Made by a program: the position numbers and the translations under genes. From the NCBI GenBank assembly GCA_965233865.1, contig OZ247587.1, positions 160,001 through 224,000 on the forward strand: a stretch of 64,000 nucleotides of DNA, given 5' to 3'. Source of the DNA: Candidatus Neptunichlamydia sp. (GTDB lineage Bacteria; Chlamydiota; Chlamydiia; Chlamydiales; Simkaniaceae). The notes beneath the pieces are model-generated. The model was not told where the DNA came from and made no database searches. It saw only the letters and a program-made list of their open reading frames with translations. This document shows positions 1 through 10,962 of this stretch, piece by piece; position 1 is the first letter of the stretch, and every line of letters starts with the position of its first letter.

Positions 1-189
1 CGTCTATATGCTGAAAAGCGTATTGTTCCCGATGAAAATGAGATGCTTTCTCCTACCCCTATCGAAACTCCAGGTCTAATTATAGATTCTTAGCTTAATA
101 ACCTAAGTTTTAAGTATCTCTCAGGGTTGTACTTTTACAGAAGCTTCGCTACACTAAAGTTTTAAGTTATTAGAATTGGAATCAGAATT

Positions 190-1554
190 TTGGCGAAACC
201 AAAACGAGAGCAGTGGAAGTCCCGTTTGGGATTTATCTGGGCGGCAGTCGGATCTGCAATAGGACTTGGAAGTATTTGGCGTTTCCCCTATGTTGTTGGT
301 GAAAATGGGGGAGCAACTTTTGTTCTTCTTTATTTGATATGTTTATTGCTTGTTGGGTTTCCTGTTCTTATTTCAGAAATATTGATTGGAAGAAAAGCTC
401 AGCTTAATCCCTCAGGTTCCTTTAAGCAGATTGGAAAGCATAAAGGGTGGCAAGGGGCCGGAAAGATGACGATTCTTACGGGTTTTTTGGTTAGCTCCTT
501 TTATACAGTGATAGCTGGGTGGACGCTGGGATACTTTATCCAAGCAATTTTAGGGCAGCTCACTCACTTTACATCTGCAAGTGAGGCAACCCACCACTTT
601 CAACATTTTAGCATTTCTCTCTTTTGGGGAATCGGCTCTTTAATGGGGTTTTTGATCCTGTCCTTTCTTATTCTATACACGGGAGTGCAGCAGGGGATTG
701 AAGCAGGAAACAAGGTAATGATGCCTCTTCTTCTTTTTGTGTTGGTTTTCCTAGCGATTAAAGGGTTAATGACACCAGGAGGCGCAGAGGGAGTGGCATT
801 TATTTTTAAGCCCAATTGGGCTGAAATCACACCAACTGCCATTTTGCTTGCATTGGGCCAAGCCTTTTTTTCCCTCAGCTTAGGCCAAGGAACAATGGTG
901 ACTTATGGAAGCTATTTAGGGAAAAAGGGAAATATTCCAGGAACCTGCCTTCCTATTATGCTGTTTGGAATTTGTATTAGCTTGGTTGCAGGAATTGCAA
1001 TTTTTACCATCGTTTTTTCGGCGGGGCTATCGCCATCATCGGGTGAGAGTTTGATGTTCCAAACATTGCCGATCATTTTTTCTCAGATTTCTGGGGGATA
1101 TTTTATGTGCCTCCTCTTTTTCCTATTGCTAGTTTTGGCAGCTCTAACCTCTCAAATTTCAGCAATGGAACCGTTAATTGCCTACTTTATTGACACGAAA
1201 AAATGGAAGCGGCACAGGGCCGTTTTGACGACAACGATTGCGGTGTTCATTGTTGCGCTCCCTTGTGTCTTATCTTTTGGGCCTTGGAAGGAGGTTACTC
1301 TGTTTGGGAAGAGCTTTTTCAACATTCTCCTCTTTTTATGCCTAAACATTTTGATCCCTCTTGGGGGGCTTGCTGCAGTAATCTTAGTGGGATGGAGATG
1401 GAGCTTTAGAAGTGCCTATCCTCACTTAAAAGAGGGAGCAGAAGGGCTTTTTAAAAGTTATCCTTCTCTGAGGTGGTACTTTGGGATCAGTATCAAGTAC
1501 ATCGCTCCATCAATTATTGTCATTGTAATGTTAGATGCTCTTGGAGTCTTTTAA
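190..1554 (+). CDS. Sodium-dependent transporter, NSS/SNF family
   Basis: Motifs REQWKSRLGFIWAAVGSAIGLGSIWRFPY and GQAFFSLSLGQG; many hydrophobic TM segments. Confidence 0.93.
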   Translation: MAKPKREQWKSRLGFIWAAVGSAIGLGSIWRFPYVVGENGGATFVLLYLICLLLVGFPVLISEILIGRKAQLNPSGSFKQIGKHKGWQGAGKMTILTGFLVSSFYTVIAGWTLGYFIQAILGQLTHFTSASEATHHFQHFSISLFWGIGSLMGFLILSFLILYTGVQQGIEAGNKVMMPLLLFVLVFLAIKGLMTPGGAEGVAFIFKPNWAEITPTAILLALGQAFFSLSLGQGTMVTYGSYLGKKGNIPGTCLPIMLFGICISLVAGIAIFTIVFSAGLSPSSGESLMFQTLPIIFSQISGGYFMCLLFFLLLVLAALTSQISAMEPLIAYFIDTKKWKRHRAVLTTTIAVFIVALPCVLSFGPWKEVTLFGKSFFNILLFLCLNILIPLGGLAAVILVGWRWSFRSAYPHLKEGAEGLFKSYPSLRWYFGISIKYIAPSIIVIVMLDALGVF

Positions 1555-1696
1555 ATGATGGAGGATCACCATTTTTGCTCAAGCGCTTCCTCCTCTTTTT
1601 GCACGCCTCGTGATTAGGAGAGATTTTTCGACGCTTGGAATTCTGCAAGATCTTTTCGTAGGGATGTAAATTTCTTTTTTAGGGCCTGTTGCGCCG

Positions 1697-3997
1697 TTGA
1701 TTCAGCTTGCAATTCTTTATGATGCTTTCCTATACAAAAAGGTAGGATATCGCCTAGATCGGCGCGCATTTTCCTTTCTAAAAGATGCCAAAGAATTTCG
1801 TGATTCTGCTAAAGCATTAGGGGTATTCAAAGCACTCCCGCTCTTTTTAATCATCTCTATTGTTCCTACATTTTTTGCCACACCCTCAATTTGGGTGCTT
1901 GTTGGTGTTCCCCTATGGTTTTTCCCAAAGGATTCCCTAGTATTAATTTGGGAAAAGGAGCTTTTTTATCGCCCTTTTCAAAAAACGCAAGGGAACTTTA
2001 GCTCTTTTGCTCAAAAGGAAATCATTCGTCCAACAGAGATTTACCACGCATACTCCAAGAAATATCCTCTATACCGCCATACTAAAGGGTTTCAAGGTGA
2101 AAAGATTGTGAATATCAATGCAAAAGGAAAACCCCATGTGATTTTTCTTTTTTTTGAATCACTCAGAGCTAAAGACCTCTATCGCCTTCCCAACTTGAGC
2201 GCACTTTCTAAAGAGTGTTACACTTTCCCCAACTTCTACTCAAATTCCGTTTTGACCTTCCGCTCTTTTTTTACATCCCTCTATGGTCTTCCCTACGAAC
2301 TCGGAATTTCTGGTGGTCTTGATCGGGAATTGGATATCTATGGGCTTCCAGATATTCTCAAAAGAGAGGGATATGAGCGTAATTTTTTTACTGGAGCAAC
2401 TTGGTCTTTAAACGGAATCGGTCCCTTTCTTTCGAAATATGGAGGGGATCGTGTTTTTGACCGTAAACAGCTTTTAGAACACTATGGAAAAATCGATCAA
2501 AGTTCGTGGGGCGTTGCAGATGAATATCTGTTAGATTTTACTGCAAATCATCTGGAGCAGCATAAGGATACACCCCAATTTTACTCTTTATTGACAATCT
2601 CGTCTCATCATCCTTGGAATGGTCCCAAAAGCTATTTGGGACCTACTTTTGAAGAAGAGGAAGGGGAATATACCTCAAAATATCTGCAAACCCTTCACTA
2701 TACCGACCATTGCATTGGGACATTTATCAAACAGCTCAAAAAGCAAAATCTTTCAAAAGACGTCCTTCTCTTTATTACTGGGGATCATGGGTTTTATCTA
2801 GGAGATGGGGATCGAGGATTTGAATATCAAAGGGGCACACATCCTGATAATTTTCATGTGCCGCTTATGATTTATGGGGAAGGGAGGACACAAAATCCAC
2901 AAGAAATATTGACCTGGGGTTCTCATGCAGACCTTTACCCCACATTTCTCGACTTTTTCAACATTAATGGAATCCAGCATTCAATAGGAAAATCACTCCT
3001 GAGAAAGGATGAAAACCCACCAGTTTTTTATCACAATCCTTCACATCATAGTAGAGGGCTTTGCTCGAAGAATGCGTCTAAAAAAACTGAAAAGAGCTTT
3101 CAAGAGATAATGCAATATATGTTTCAAGAGGGTGCTCTAGCTCCAGGCAAAGAAGAGAGAAATCGTTTAAGGCTTGAGCCACTCGAGCCTTCTTTGAAGC
3201 TCGATAAGAACTCACTACTCAAAGAGATCAGAGAAAAGAGTCCAATGGTGACCCTCAATCTCAATTGTCATCAAGGGTTGAATGACACGCTCCTCAAATC
3301 GGTTTCGAAGTGGAACCCCGATCTTCATCATCTTTCAATCAACCAATCCTATAGGGTTACGGATCAAGGGGTGAAAGAGGTGATAGCTAGCTGTTCCTCT
3401 CTGGTATCACTCGACCTTTCTTATTGCCCTTTGATCACCGCTAACTGTCTGGAGTCTCTTCCAGAATCCTTCTATGAATTGAATTTGGCTGGGACAGACG
3501 TAGTTTTTGATCGTCCCATAAAAGACTTAGAGATACTAAACTTAGAAAGAACTCCCATTTCAGCGGTTGCTTTATCCAATCTTTCTCTTCTATGCTCTCA
3601 CCTTTTGACCCTACGTCTTTCTTACCCAAAGTTTACCGGAACCGTGATTCGGAAAGCGATAGATCCACTCCCTCTATATCGCTTATCCATCAACGAATGT
3701 GATCAAATGAGCGATGAAGAGGCAGAGGAGTTTTTTGTTCCTCACCCTCATCTTCGGTTTCTATTTTTGAAAAGATGTCATCAATTAACGGATGCTCTTT
3801 TTCAAGGAATGAAAGATATTTCTCTTCGTCATTTGACCCTTCAAGGGGCTCATTCTTTAACAGATGAGGGGCTTATAGCTTTGCTCAAGCTTCCTCTTAA
3901 TTCTTTAGAAATTCAGGGGTGTCCTAACTTGACTGATCGAGGAATTTCTGCGATTGAACTACACCAGTCGAAATTTTCAAAACTTAAAATTGGATAG
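1697..3997 (+). CDS. LTA synthase/sulfatase-family protein fused to C-terminal leucine-rich repeats (5' end possibly disrupted)
   Basis: HVIFLFFES, SWGVADE, LLTISSHHP, LHYTDHCIG, ITGDHG, FHVPLMIY motifs; C-terminal LxxLxLxxCxxLTDxG repeats. The same frame is open upstream (WRITIF...LGILQDLFVGM) but broken by TAA at 1667-1669. Confidence 0.8.
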   Translation: MIQLAILYDAFLYKKVGYRLDRRAFSFLKDAKEFRDSAKALGVFKALPLFLIISIVPTFFATPSIWVLVGVPLWFFPKDSLVLIWEKELFYRPFQKTQGNFSSFAQKEIIRPTEIYHAYSKKYPLYRHTKGFQGEKIVNINAKGKPHVIFLFFESLRAKDLYRLPNLSALSKECYTFPNFYSNSVLTFRSFFTSLYGLPYELGISGGLDRELDIYGLPDILKREGYERNFFTGATWSLNGIGPFLSKYGGDRVFDRKQLLEHYGKIDQSSWGVADEYLLDFTANHLEQHKDTPQFYSLLTISSHHPWNGPKSYLGPTFEEEEGEYTSKYLQTLHYTDHCIGTFIKQLKKQNLSKDVLLFITGDHGFYLGDGDRGFEYQRGTHPDNFHVPLMIYGEGRTQNPQEILTWGSHADLYPTFLDFFNINGIQHSIGKSLLRKDENPPVFYHNPSHHSRGLCSKNASKKTEKSFQEIMQYMFQEGALAPGKEERNRLRLEPLEPSLKLDKNSLLKEIREKSPMVTLNLNCHQGLNDTLLKSVSKWNPDLHHLSINQSYRVTDQGVKEVIASCSSLVSLDLSYCPLITANCLESLPESFYELNLAGTDVVFDRPIKDLEILNLERTPISAVALSNLSLLCSHLLTLRLSYPKFTGTVIRKAIDPLPLYRLSINECDQMSDEEAEEFFVPHPHLRFLFLKRCHQLTDALFQGMKDISLRHLTLQGAHSLTDEGLIALLKLPLNSLEIQGCPNLTDRGISAIELHQSKFSKLKIG

Positions 3998-4086
3998 TAG
4001 TGCAACCCATCTAAACAAGTTCAATTACTGGTCATTTTGTCGATGCAAAACAAAATCAAATATCTTACGCGGCAAGGGTAGAGGGT

Positions 4087-5640
4087 TTAGGCTGGTGTAA
4101 GCTCTGCAGCAAGAGTTTTGGGGTCCTCTTCTATTGTAGCAAGAGCGGCTTCTTTTTCTGTGAGTTCTTTATTGAGGTGTCTTACAGAATAGCTCCAATA
4201 GAGGCTGGCACCAAGGACGATGGGGATCAAGTAAGGAGTAATAAATAGGACAGAGCTGGTCCCAAGAACGTGCATTAGCCCAACTTGCACCCATGAAGAG
4301 CTGGATTTCCCAAGACGGGATCCGACCATGTCAATAGCAGCCTTTCCCTTGACTTTTGATTCTTGATCAAGAGGAATGTAGGCCATCTCCTTGGTCGAAT
4401 CAAAGAACGAATACTTGACAACCTTACTTGCCACATTTTGGAAAGCTCCCACTAGCACAAGAAGGACTAATGGTGTCGTCCCAAAAATGGCTGCGACAGG
4501 CCCAAGGGAATCTTTGAAGTAAGAAAGGACAAAAAAAATGGCACCGGTTGTGCCAACGATAATAGGTGTAATTTGTGCACTAAAGTGCCAACCAAATCTC
4601 CGGAGGAAATTTCCCCCAAGGAAAAGAACAGTAATCAGTGCAACAACGCCAACAATTGTTGTTACCTTCGAAATGAAAGCCATGTAGTCTCCTGTTTCAG
4701 GGAACAAAGAGTGGACATGGGCTTTCCAAGTCACTTCTACCATATTTATGGTGAGTGCACACCCAATCACTAGGACTGCGATACACAAGAGGTATTTAGA
4801 AGAAAAGATATGCTTAATGCTCTTTCCTAAGGTCAGTTTTGTTTTTTCGTTAAGGGTATGCTTAGTCACTGAAGGGTCAAAGTAGCGCTTATCAGAGAGG
4901 ACATATTTGTTCATCCACCAGTAAAGGGTGATGATACCAATGCCTGCGATTAGAACATAGGAAAGGAGTGATTGGAGGGTTGATGTAAAATCACCTAAGG
5001 AGAATTTCATGACATAATGGAGGACTAGAGGGCCTGCTACGATCGTTGCTAAGTCTCCAGCTGCAATAAAGAGAGTGTAGGTTCTTTTAGCTTCTTTAAC
5101 CTGACAGATATGGTTCGCGAATCCCCAGTAGAGGATGAAGATTACAACTTGAGCCCAAAGCTCTGCAGTAACAAAGAAGAGAGAGTGAATCCAATTTCTG
5201 TAGACAGCAATCCAGTGGGTGTACTTTGCTCCAAGTTTCATCGTGAGCCAATCTGAGCTAGCATGGGGGCTGAGAGCTTCAGCATTGGGGAATAGGATAA
5301 ACCCATACAAAAAAATGATAATAAGGAAGAAGATAATAATCGAATAGAATAGAGTCGAGCGTTTGCATTGATTACTTAGTTTGGAGTAGGCCACAGCGCA
5401 AAGAAGTGATAGTGGAAAAACGAGCCAGCCCTTAAGGACAGGGATTACTTCTGCTCCGGATTGACTTGCTGTGACAACTAGGCTATCTTTCATGCAAGTG
5501 AGTGTTGCATAGACGATAGAGGCTAAAAACTTGAGAAGAAGGAGAGGAAGGACCTTTTTAAGTTCAAAACGCTGAACCGGCCAGATTTTCTTTATCCAAG
5601 AACTATTTGAGTCTAATTCAGATGATTTCATATCTGCCAT
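4087..5640 (-). CDS. Nucleotide transport protein (NTT/TLC ATP/ADP translocase family)
   Basis: ELKKVLPL, GAEVIPVLKGW, AELW, WGFAN, KYSFFDSTKEMAYIPLD, KGKAAID, RLGKS; start taken at MADMKSS. Confidence 0.95.
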   Translation of the reverse strand: MADMKSSELDSNSSWIKKIWPVQRFELKKVLPLLLLKFLASIVYATLTCMKDSLVVTASQSGAEVIPVLKGWLVFPLSLLCAVAYSKLSNQCKRSTLFYSIIIFFLIIIFLYGFILFPNAEALSPHASSDWLTMKLGAKYTHWIAVYRNWIHSLFFVTAELWAQVVIFILYWGFANHICQVKEAKRTYTLFIAAGDLATIVAGPLVLHYVMKFSLGDFTSTLQSLLSYVLIAGIGIITLYWWMNKYVLSDKRYFDPSVTKHTLNEKTKLTLGKSIKHIFSSKYLLCIAVLVIGCALTINMVEVTWKAHVHSLFPETGDYMAFISKVTTIVGVVALITVLFLGGNFLRRFGWHFSAQITPIIVGTTGAIFFVLSYFKDSLGPVAAIFGTTPLVLLVLVGAFQNVASKVVKYSFFDSTKEMAYIPLDQESKVKGKAAIDMVGSRLGKSSSSWVQVGLMHVLGTSSVLFITPYLIPIVLGASLYWSYSVRHLNKELTEKEAALATIEEDPKTLAAELTPA

Positions 5641-5681
5641 TTTAGCGGCATATTGTATCAAATTACGATCAAAACGCAAGC

Positions 5682-5715
5682 AAAAAAAACCTCGAGGAAA
5701 ATCTCGAGGTTTTTT
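5682..5715. terminator. Probable bidirectional intrinsic terminator
   Basis: AAAAAACCTCGAG-gaaaat-CTCGAGGTTTTTT hairpin just downstream of the minus-strand ORF 5737..6321. Confidence 0.7.
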
Positions 5716-5736
5716 GATCTCTTTCAAAAAAATGAT

Positions 5737-6321
5737 TTACGCTTCTTCTTTTTGATCCATTCCAAGAAGCGTTTGATTATCTTGGCGATCATCTTGAGTT
5801 AAATCTTTAATCACATTTTCTTGAAGAGCTAAGCGTTGGGCCTCTCCAGTAAATCGATCTTTGAATTCGTTAAGTTGAGTAACTTCATCTCTATCATCTT
5901 TAAGAGAAATACTCTTTTGAGAAGTAAGTTCACTCAAGATATAATTTGCTTTTGCAAGGCGCATTTTTTTCTTTTTAGAATTTTCATATTCTACTTTTCC
6001 AAATTTTTCTGGATGCTTAAGATAGAGAACGCGGAGGAAACTCTCAGCTCTATTCGCAATCTTTTTTTCGGCCCAGATTCGAAATACAGCCACATTAGAC
6101 TTCAGCATCTTATTTTCGAAGTTTTCATTAAGTCCGTAAGGTTTAAGCATGATTCCAAGTTCGAGCATCATTTGGGTGTCGCTGAGATCGAATACGATCA
6201 TCTTGCGATTGACGTTAGTGTAGCGGATTGATTCATCTCGACGCTCAGAAGACTGAAGGGTCTGGAACTCGATTCTTTTAGACAACTCTTCAGAAGTAAA
6301 GATTTTTTCATCTAATAACAT
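5737..6321 (-). CDS. Hypothetical protein
   Basis: 194 aa ORF followed by a terminator and preceded by an AT-rich intergenic region. Confidence 0.6.
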   Translation of the reverse strand: MLLDEKIFTSEELSKRIEFQTLQSSERRDESIRYTNVNRKMIVFDLSDTQMMLELGIMLKPYGLNENFENKMLKSNVAVFRIWAEKKIANRAESFLRVLYLKHPEKFGKVEYENSKKKKMRLAKANYILSELTSQKSISLKDDRDEVTQLNEFKDRFTGEAQRLALQENVIKDLTQDDRQDNQTLLGMDQKEEA

Positions 6322-6977
6322 TGTTTTACCTTTTTAATATATTATTAACTCTTAACTATATTATTACAATTATCTTTATAATTGTCTAATAAAAAATTAA
6401 TAATTATATATATCTTATTTTAAGCGAGATGCATTCTGCAAGCCTAATGGATTAGAGTTTAGGGTGCTAATTATTAATTCTAGTTAATTGTTTATGTTTT
6501 ATAATAAATAAGTTGTGTAGTTAGCAGTAAAAAAAATAATAAAGAAAAATATTAAGAGCCAAGCCCAATAGAAATAGGAAGGAAAGGGAAGCTAGGTCTT
6601 AAAAGAACGTTTACTAAATATTACTTAAGACCATAAGGTCTAATTAGGTTACCCATCTTCAGCATTGTAGCTAAGTCACCTAGTTCAAAACGAAGCTGCT
6701 TGCGATTGCTAGCTAGATTGAATGGTTAGAAATTCAAAAATTGATCTAAGTTACTTATAATTAAGCGCTTTTTATCAAACCTTATAATTATTATCCAAAT
6801 ATGAAGCAGTTATGTTGTTGGGAATTTCGTTCTTTTGGGTTAAGAAATTAATGGAATAGTCTCATGGCGACTGCTAACTCTTAAAATGATTCAGAAGCTT
6901 TTAAAGGCAAAATTTAGCACTCTCTGAATTGAATTAGCACTTGATTGCTTTCACTGTCAGAGTGTACATTAGATTCC

Positions 6978-7544
6978 ATGTCAGACCTTCTCGACGAATT
7001 ACTTATCCAGGCATCAGACGCCACACAGCAGCCACCAGCCCCTGAGGGTGGGATTCTGAGGCAATGGATCCCAGGTTGGATTAGACATCCAGTAAAATGC
7101 GTTCTAGCTCCCTTTGTTGCTATGGATTATCATATGCAACGCTTTGCTAGAAAGCTTGTCCGCCCCCCTTTCAAGCAAGAAGGAGGATGTAAGAAAAGGG
7201 GAAACTGCTGCCACTATGTTCTGATTCGTCATTCTCCCTCCTTTATTGGTCGCTTCTTCTTTTTCTGGTATACTCAGTTTCTGGGATTCTATCCTCGTCT
7301 TAAAGAACCCCAAGAATATGAAGGAAAGATGATGCACGTGATGGGATGTCGCTACCTCAAAAAAGATGGCTCTTGTGCTCAATACCGTCTACGTCCCCTT
7401 GTTTGTCGCCAGTGGCCGATGATTGAACACTTTGGCTATCCCAGAATTCTCAAAGGGTGTGGTTATCGATCAAACCCTATTTACCCGAATGAAACTCCCG
7501 ATAAACTCGAAGATGGGGATCCCCGCCTCAAAGTTATTCAATAA
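6978..7544 (+). CDS. YkgJ-like Cys-cluster (putative Zn/Fe-binding) protein
   Basis: CKKRGNCC ... CRYL ... CAQYRLRPLVCRQWP ... CGY. Confidence 0.75.
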   Translation: MSDLLDELLIQASDATQQPPAPEGGILRQWIPGWIRHPVKCVLAPFVAMDYHMQRFARKLVRPPFKQEGGCKKRGNCCHYVLIRHSPSFIGRFFFFWYTQFLGFYPRLKEPQEYEGKMMHVMGCRYLKKDGSCAQYRLRPLVCRQWPMIEHFGYPRILKGCGYRSNPIYPNETPDKLEDGDPRLKVIQ

Positions 7545-7665
7545 TGCAAGAAAGTTTCGAAGGCCATTCTAGGCCCTGCCTCTAATGAGATAAGAGTCAT
7601 TGAGTAAAAAAAATGATTCAATTAAGATGCCTTGTCTAAAACATATCAAAAAGGTGAAAGAAATT

Positions 7666-8253
7666 ATGACATTCAAACAATCTGATCTCCCCTATGATTT
7701 AAAAGCACTAGCTCCCTTTGTTTCTGAAGAACAAATGGACTACCATTATAATAAGCATCATGCTGCATACTTCAAGAAGTTGAATGCTCTTGTAGAAGGA
7801 AAATTAGAGGGTGATAAAGATCTAGATACTGTTGTCAAAGAATCGACTGGAGGCGTTTTTAATAACGCTGCTCAAGCATGGAATCATACTTTTTTCTGGA
7901 ATTGCATGTCGCCTAATGGTGGTGGAAAGCCAAGCGGAGAGATGCTTAACGCCATTGAAAGAGATTTTGGGAGTCTGGAGATATTCATGAAGAAATTTTC
8001 CGATAGCGCAGCAACCCTCTTTGGGTCGGGATGGGCTTGGCTTGCATCAGATGGCCAAGGAAATCTTGAAATCATGCCTCTAAGTAATGCAGATACGCCT
8101 TTAAAGCATGGGAAAACTCCTATTCTTACGTTGGATGTGTGGGAACATGCGTATTATATTGATTATCGCAACGAAAGACCCCGATTCATCGAACAGTTCC
8201 GAGATGTTATCAATTGGGATTTTGCTCTCAAGTGTTACAAGGGGCAATCATGA
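7666..8253 (+). CDS. sodB: Fe/Mn superoxide dismutase
   Basis: HYNKHH, FNNAAQAWNHTFFW, FGSGWAWL, DVWEHAYYIDY. Confidence 0.96.
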   Translation: MTFKQSDLPYDLKALAPFVSEEQMDYHYNKHHAAYFKKLNALVEGKLEGDKDLDTVVKESTGGVFNNAAQAWNHTFFWNCMSPNGGGKPSGEMLNAIERDFGSLEIFMKKFSDSAATLFGSGWAWLASDGQGNLEIMPLSNADTPLKHGKTPILTLDVWEHAYYIDYRNERPRFIEQFRDVINWDFALKCYKGQS

Positions 8254-8633
8254 CCGATAAGCAAAAACTTCTTCGCCTTCTTGATGATCTGTCCGACAAG
8301 CAGAAAGAAGTGAGTCGATGTCACGACTATTACGAGGTTCTTGAAAAGGAAATCGAAAGTAAAAAAGTTGGATTAGCTAATCCAGAGGATTATGCTGAAC
8401 TCGAAAAGATTATTGCTGCTCTAAATCGTGAGTATGAAGCAAAAAGCGATCTTTTGATGGAGGATCTCAATGAAAGTTTAATCAAGGGGCATGATCTTTC
8501 GAAGAAGATTGGAAAAGAAATTGCCTATGATTTTAAGAAACTTTGGGATTATATGACGCGTTCAATAAATACAGAAGTTCTACTAGACCGAGTTTTGCGC
8601 GATATTGACTATTTGAAAAAAGAGTTAGTTTAA
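8250..8633 (+). CDS. Hypothetical coiled-coil protein
   Basis: ATGA overlap with the sodB stop codon. Confidence 0.65.
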   Translation: MTDKQKLLRLLDDLSDKQKEVSRCHDYYEVLEKEIESKKVGLANPEDYAELEKIIAALNREYEAKSDLLMEDLNESLIKGHDLSKKIGKEIAYDFKKLWDYMTRSINTEVLLDRVLRDIDYLKKELV

Positions 8634-8670
8634 CTCCTTGTCAATATTTTAGGAATTTATTACAAGCTGC

Positions 8671-9597
8671 TTGGATGATTCAGTAAAGATGCCCATGCAA
8701 GTTCGACAATCTAACAGCACCTTCGAGATGTTCTCGTTTCTTTTCATTTTTGCAATGTCCATGAGCCTGTTTGGAGATAATGGGTGCTCAGTCTTTGATA
8801 TTAAAAGGTACAAAATCCCTGATAGCTTAGAGGTAAGGAACTATGAAGATGTGACTTTGGATTGTGGAAAAAATGGGGGAGCACTTTTCACAATTAGCCT
8901 CCCAGAAGATATTCCACCTGAGGGGCTTCCTTGTTTTCTAATCGTTGGAGGATTAAAAACAGGTCGAGAAAGTCTTCAGTTTATTCCTGATCATGGGAAG
9001 TATGCTCTTATCGCTTATGAATATTCTGACATGCTAAAAAAACTTCATGAGGTGAATGTGCTATGGCATCTTTATACGGTTCGAAAGGCAATGTTAGAGG
9101 TTCCTTCTGAGTTGATTGGCATCCTAAAGTACCTTCATGATCAGTCTTGGATTAATGATCAGCCGATTAGCTTGATGGGATATAGTTTTGGTGCAACCTT
9201 CATGCCTGTAACTTATGTGAAAGCCGAAGAAGAAAGAATGGATCTAGGACCAGGAATACTATGCTATGGAGGGGCGGGGATCTACTGCTTGTTTAAAGCA
9301 AATGTTCCTGTGCCAAAGTTTTTAAAAGATCCAGTTTCTTCTATTGTCGCTGCTGCCTTTAAGCCCATTGATCCTATTCTTTACGCTCCAAGAATGAAAG
9401 GTGACTTTTTGATCCTTAATGGAATCTATGATTCACAAATCCCCATGGAATGTGCACATCGTCTTCAAAATCTGGTTCCAGAACCCAAAACAGTCATCAA
9501 CCTGAAAACCCAGCATATGCACCCTTCAAACACGGAGCTCAACCTAAGGTTGATCGATATTAGCAGAAAATGGCTCGATGAGAAACGTAAAAAATAA
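8671..9597 (+). CDS. Alpha/beta hydrolase fold protein
   Basis: Nucleophile motif GYSFG, acid motif NGIYDSQIP, and late His (TQHM). Confidence 0.75.
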   Translation: MDDSVKMPMQVRQSNSTFEMFSFLFIFAMSMSLFGDNGCSVFDIKRYKIPDSLEVRNYEDVTLDCGKNGGALFTISLPEDIPPEGLPCFLIVGGLKTGRESLQFIPDHGKYALIAYEYSDMLKKLHEVNVLWHLYTVRKAMLEVPSELIGILKYLHDQSWINDQPISLMGYSFGATFMPVTYVKAEEERMDLGPGILCYGGAGIYCLFKANVPVPKFLKDPVSSIVAAAFKPIDPILYAPRMKGDFLILNGIYDSQIPMECAHRLQNLVPEPKTVINLKTQHMHPSNTELNLRLIDISRKWLDEKRKK

Positions 9598-9688
9598 CAG
9601 TAAATTTGTTAAGCTTCCAGCATAGAGAATTGCCAAGAAGAGGTTTTAGCGCCTGAGTATTTTTCAAGAAAAGTTCCTTAAGTCCAGG

Positions 9689-10423
9689 TATAGCTAAAAT
9701 ATTTCGTTTTAGTTATACTTTTTTGAATGACGTATTCATTAGATTTTAGAAAAAAGGTACTGCTGATCCGAAGCACAGAAAATTTAAGTTTTGCTAAGAC
9801 AGCAAAACGTTTTGGTGTAAGTGTAAATAGCATATTTCTTCGGTCTAAGAGGCTAGAGGCAAAGCGCACTAAAAATAGACCTGCAATAAAGATTGAAAGA
9901 GATCGCTTGATGGAGGATATCAAAAAAATACCCTGATGCCTTCAACTATGAACGAGCATATCGTCTCAATGTAAGCCCTTCAGGTGTTCGTTGTGCCATA
10001 AAGCGGCTAAGAATTAGCTATAAAAAAAACACTTAACCATCCCAAGGCTTGCAAAAAAAAGAGATCTCTCTTCAGAGAAAAGATTGCAAGGTATGAATGC
10101 TTGGAACAAACCTTTTTACTCTTGCACTGTTTGATTGTAATATTAATACAGATGCCTTTAGCAGTTGGGCAGAGCAAAACTTGATGCCGAAACTTCCTTC
10201 TGAAAGCGTTTTAGTTATGGATAATTCATCGTTTCATAAAAGCAAATCTATGCAAGAAAAGGTCGAAGCTGCAGGCCACATCTTGGAATATTTTCCCCCA
10301 TATTTAAATCCTATTGAGCGTAAATGGGCACAAGCAAAATCTAAACGAAGAAAATATCAATGTGGAATTGATGAACTTTTTAAGGAATATTGCCTATAAC
10401 TAAATTATATCAACTTAGCTATA
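9689..10423 (+). mobile_element. Degenerate IS630-family element
   Basis: YSLDFRKKV HTH ORF 9727..9936 and DDE fragment 10097..10399 (VMDNSSFHK, LNPIERKW); imperfect terminal IRs TATAGCTAA..TTTAGTTATA with TA ends. Confidence 0.85.
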
Positions 10424-10656
10424 TTTGACTTTTTTGGCATACTAAATGGGTCATTGCTTTTTTCAACTAATCCTAGAGAAAAAAGTGGAATTGCTCAAGT
10501 AGAGGTGAGAGCTTAAATGAACCAATACCTTGTCTTTTTCTTCCAAGAACGAGAAGCTTAACAAGCTCTAGAGTCATGAATTTTTCTATTGGAAATTCTT
10601 TCATTTTAATACCTATTATTGTGAACTAATATGTATATTATATCATTTATTTTTAA

Positions 10657-10908
10657 TTAATATCCAGCAACAATATGATTTAATATCTCATCAGGGATAT
10701 CTCTAGAAGGTTTCTCAGGAAGAATAAGATGGAGGGTGTTTGGTGTATTCTCATGAACCTCAATGGCTTGTGATTCATGTATTTCGAACCCATTGTCACT
10801 AAGAAACTTGTGTGGATCTGCTAAAACGAGGTCTTTTACTCCGGGATCATCCCAGATTTTTCGGACCAGAGCGGTCCACTGTTTGACGTTTGAGCTGCTA
10901 TTTTTCAT
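10657..10908 (-). CDS. NHLP (nitrile-hydratase-like leader) RiPP precursor-like protein with essentially no core
   Basis: LVRKIWDDP..K..LADP..FL..G..IEVHENTPNTLHLILP..P..IPDEILNHIVAG-Y-stop; divergent from the NHLP export genes. Confidence 0.85.
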   Translation of the reverse strand: MKNSSSNVKQWTALVRKIWDDPGVKDLVLADPHKFLSDNGFEIHESQAIEVHENTPNTLHLILPEKPSRDIPDEILNHIVAGY

Positions 10909-10962
10909 CCTCTTTGTTGTAATTCTTGATTTGATTATTTGCAATTGCTATTAACAAAATTC

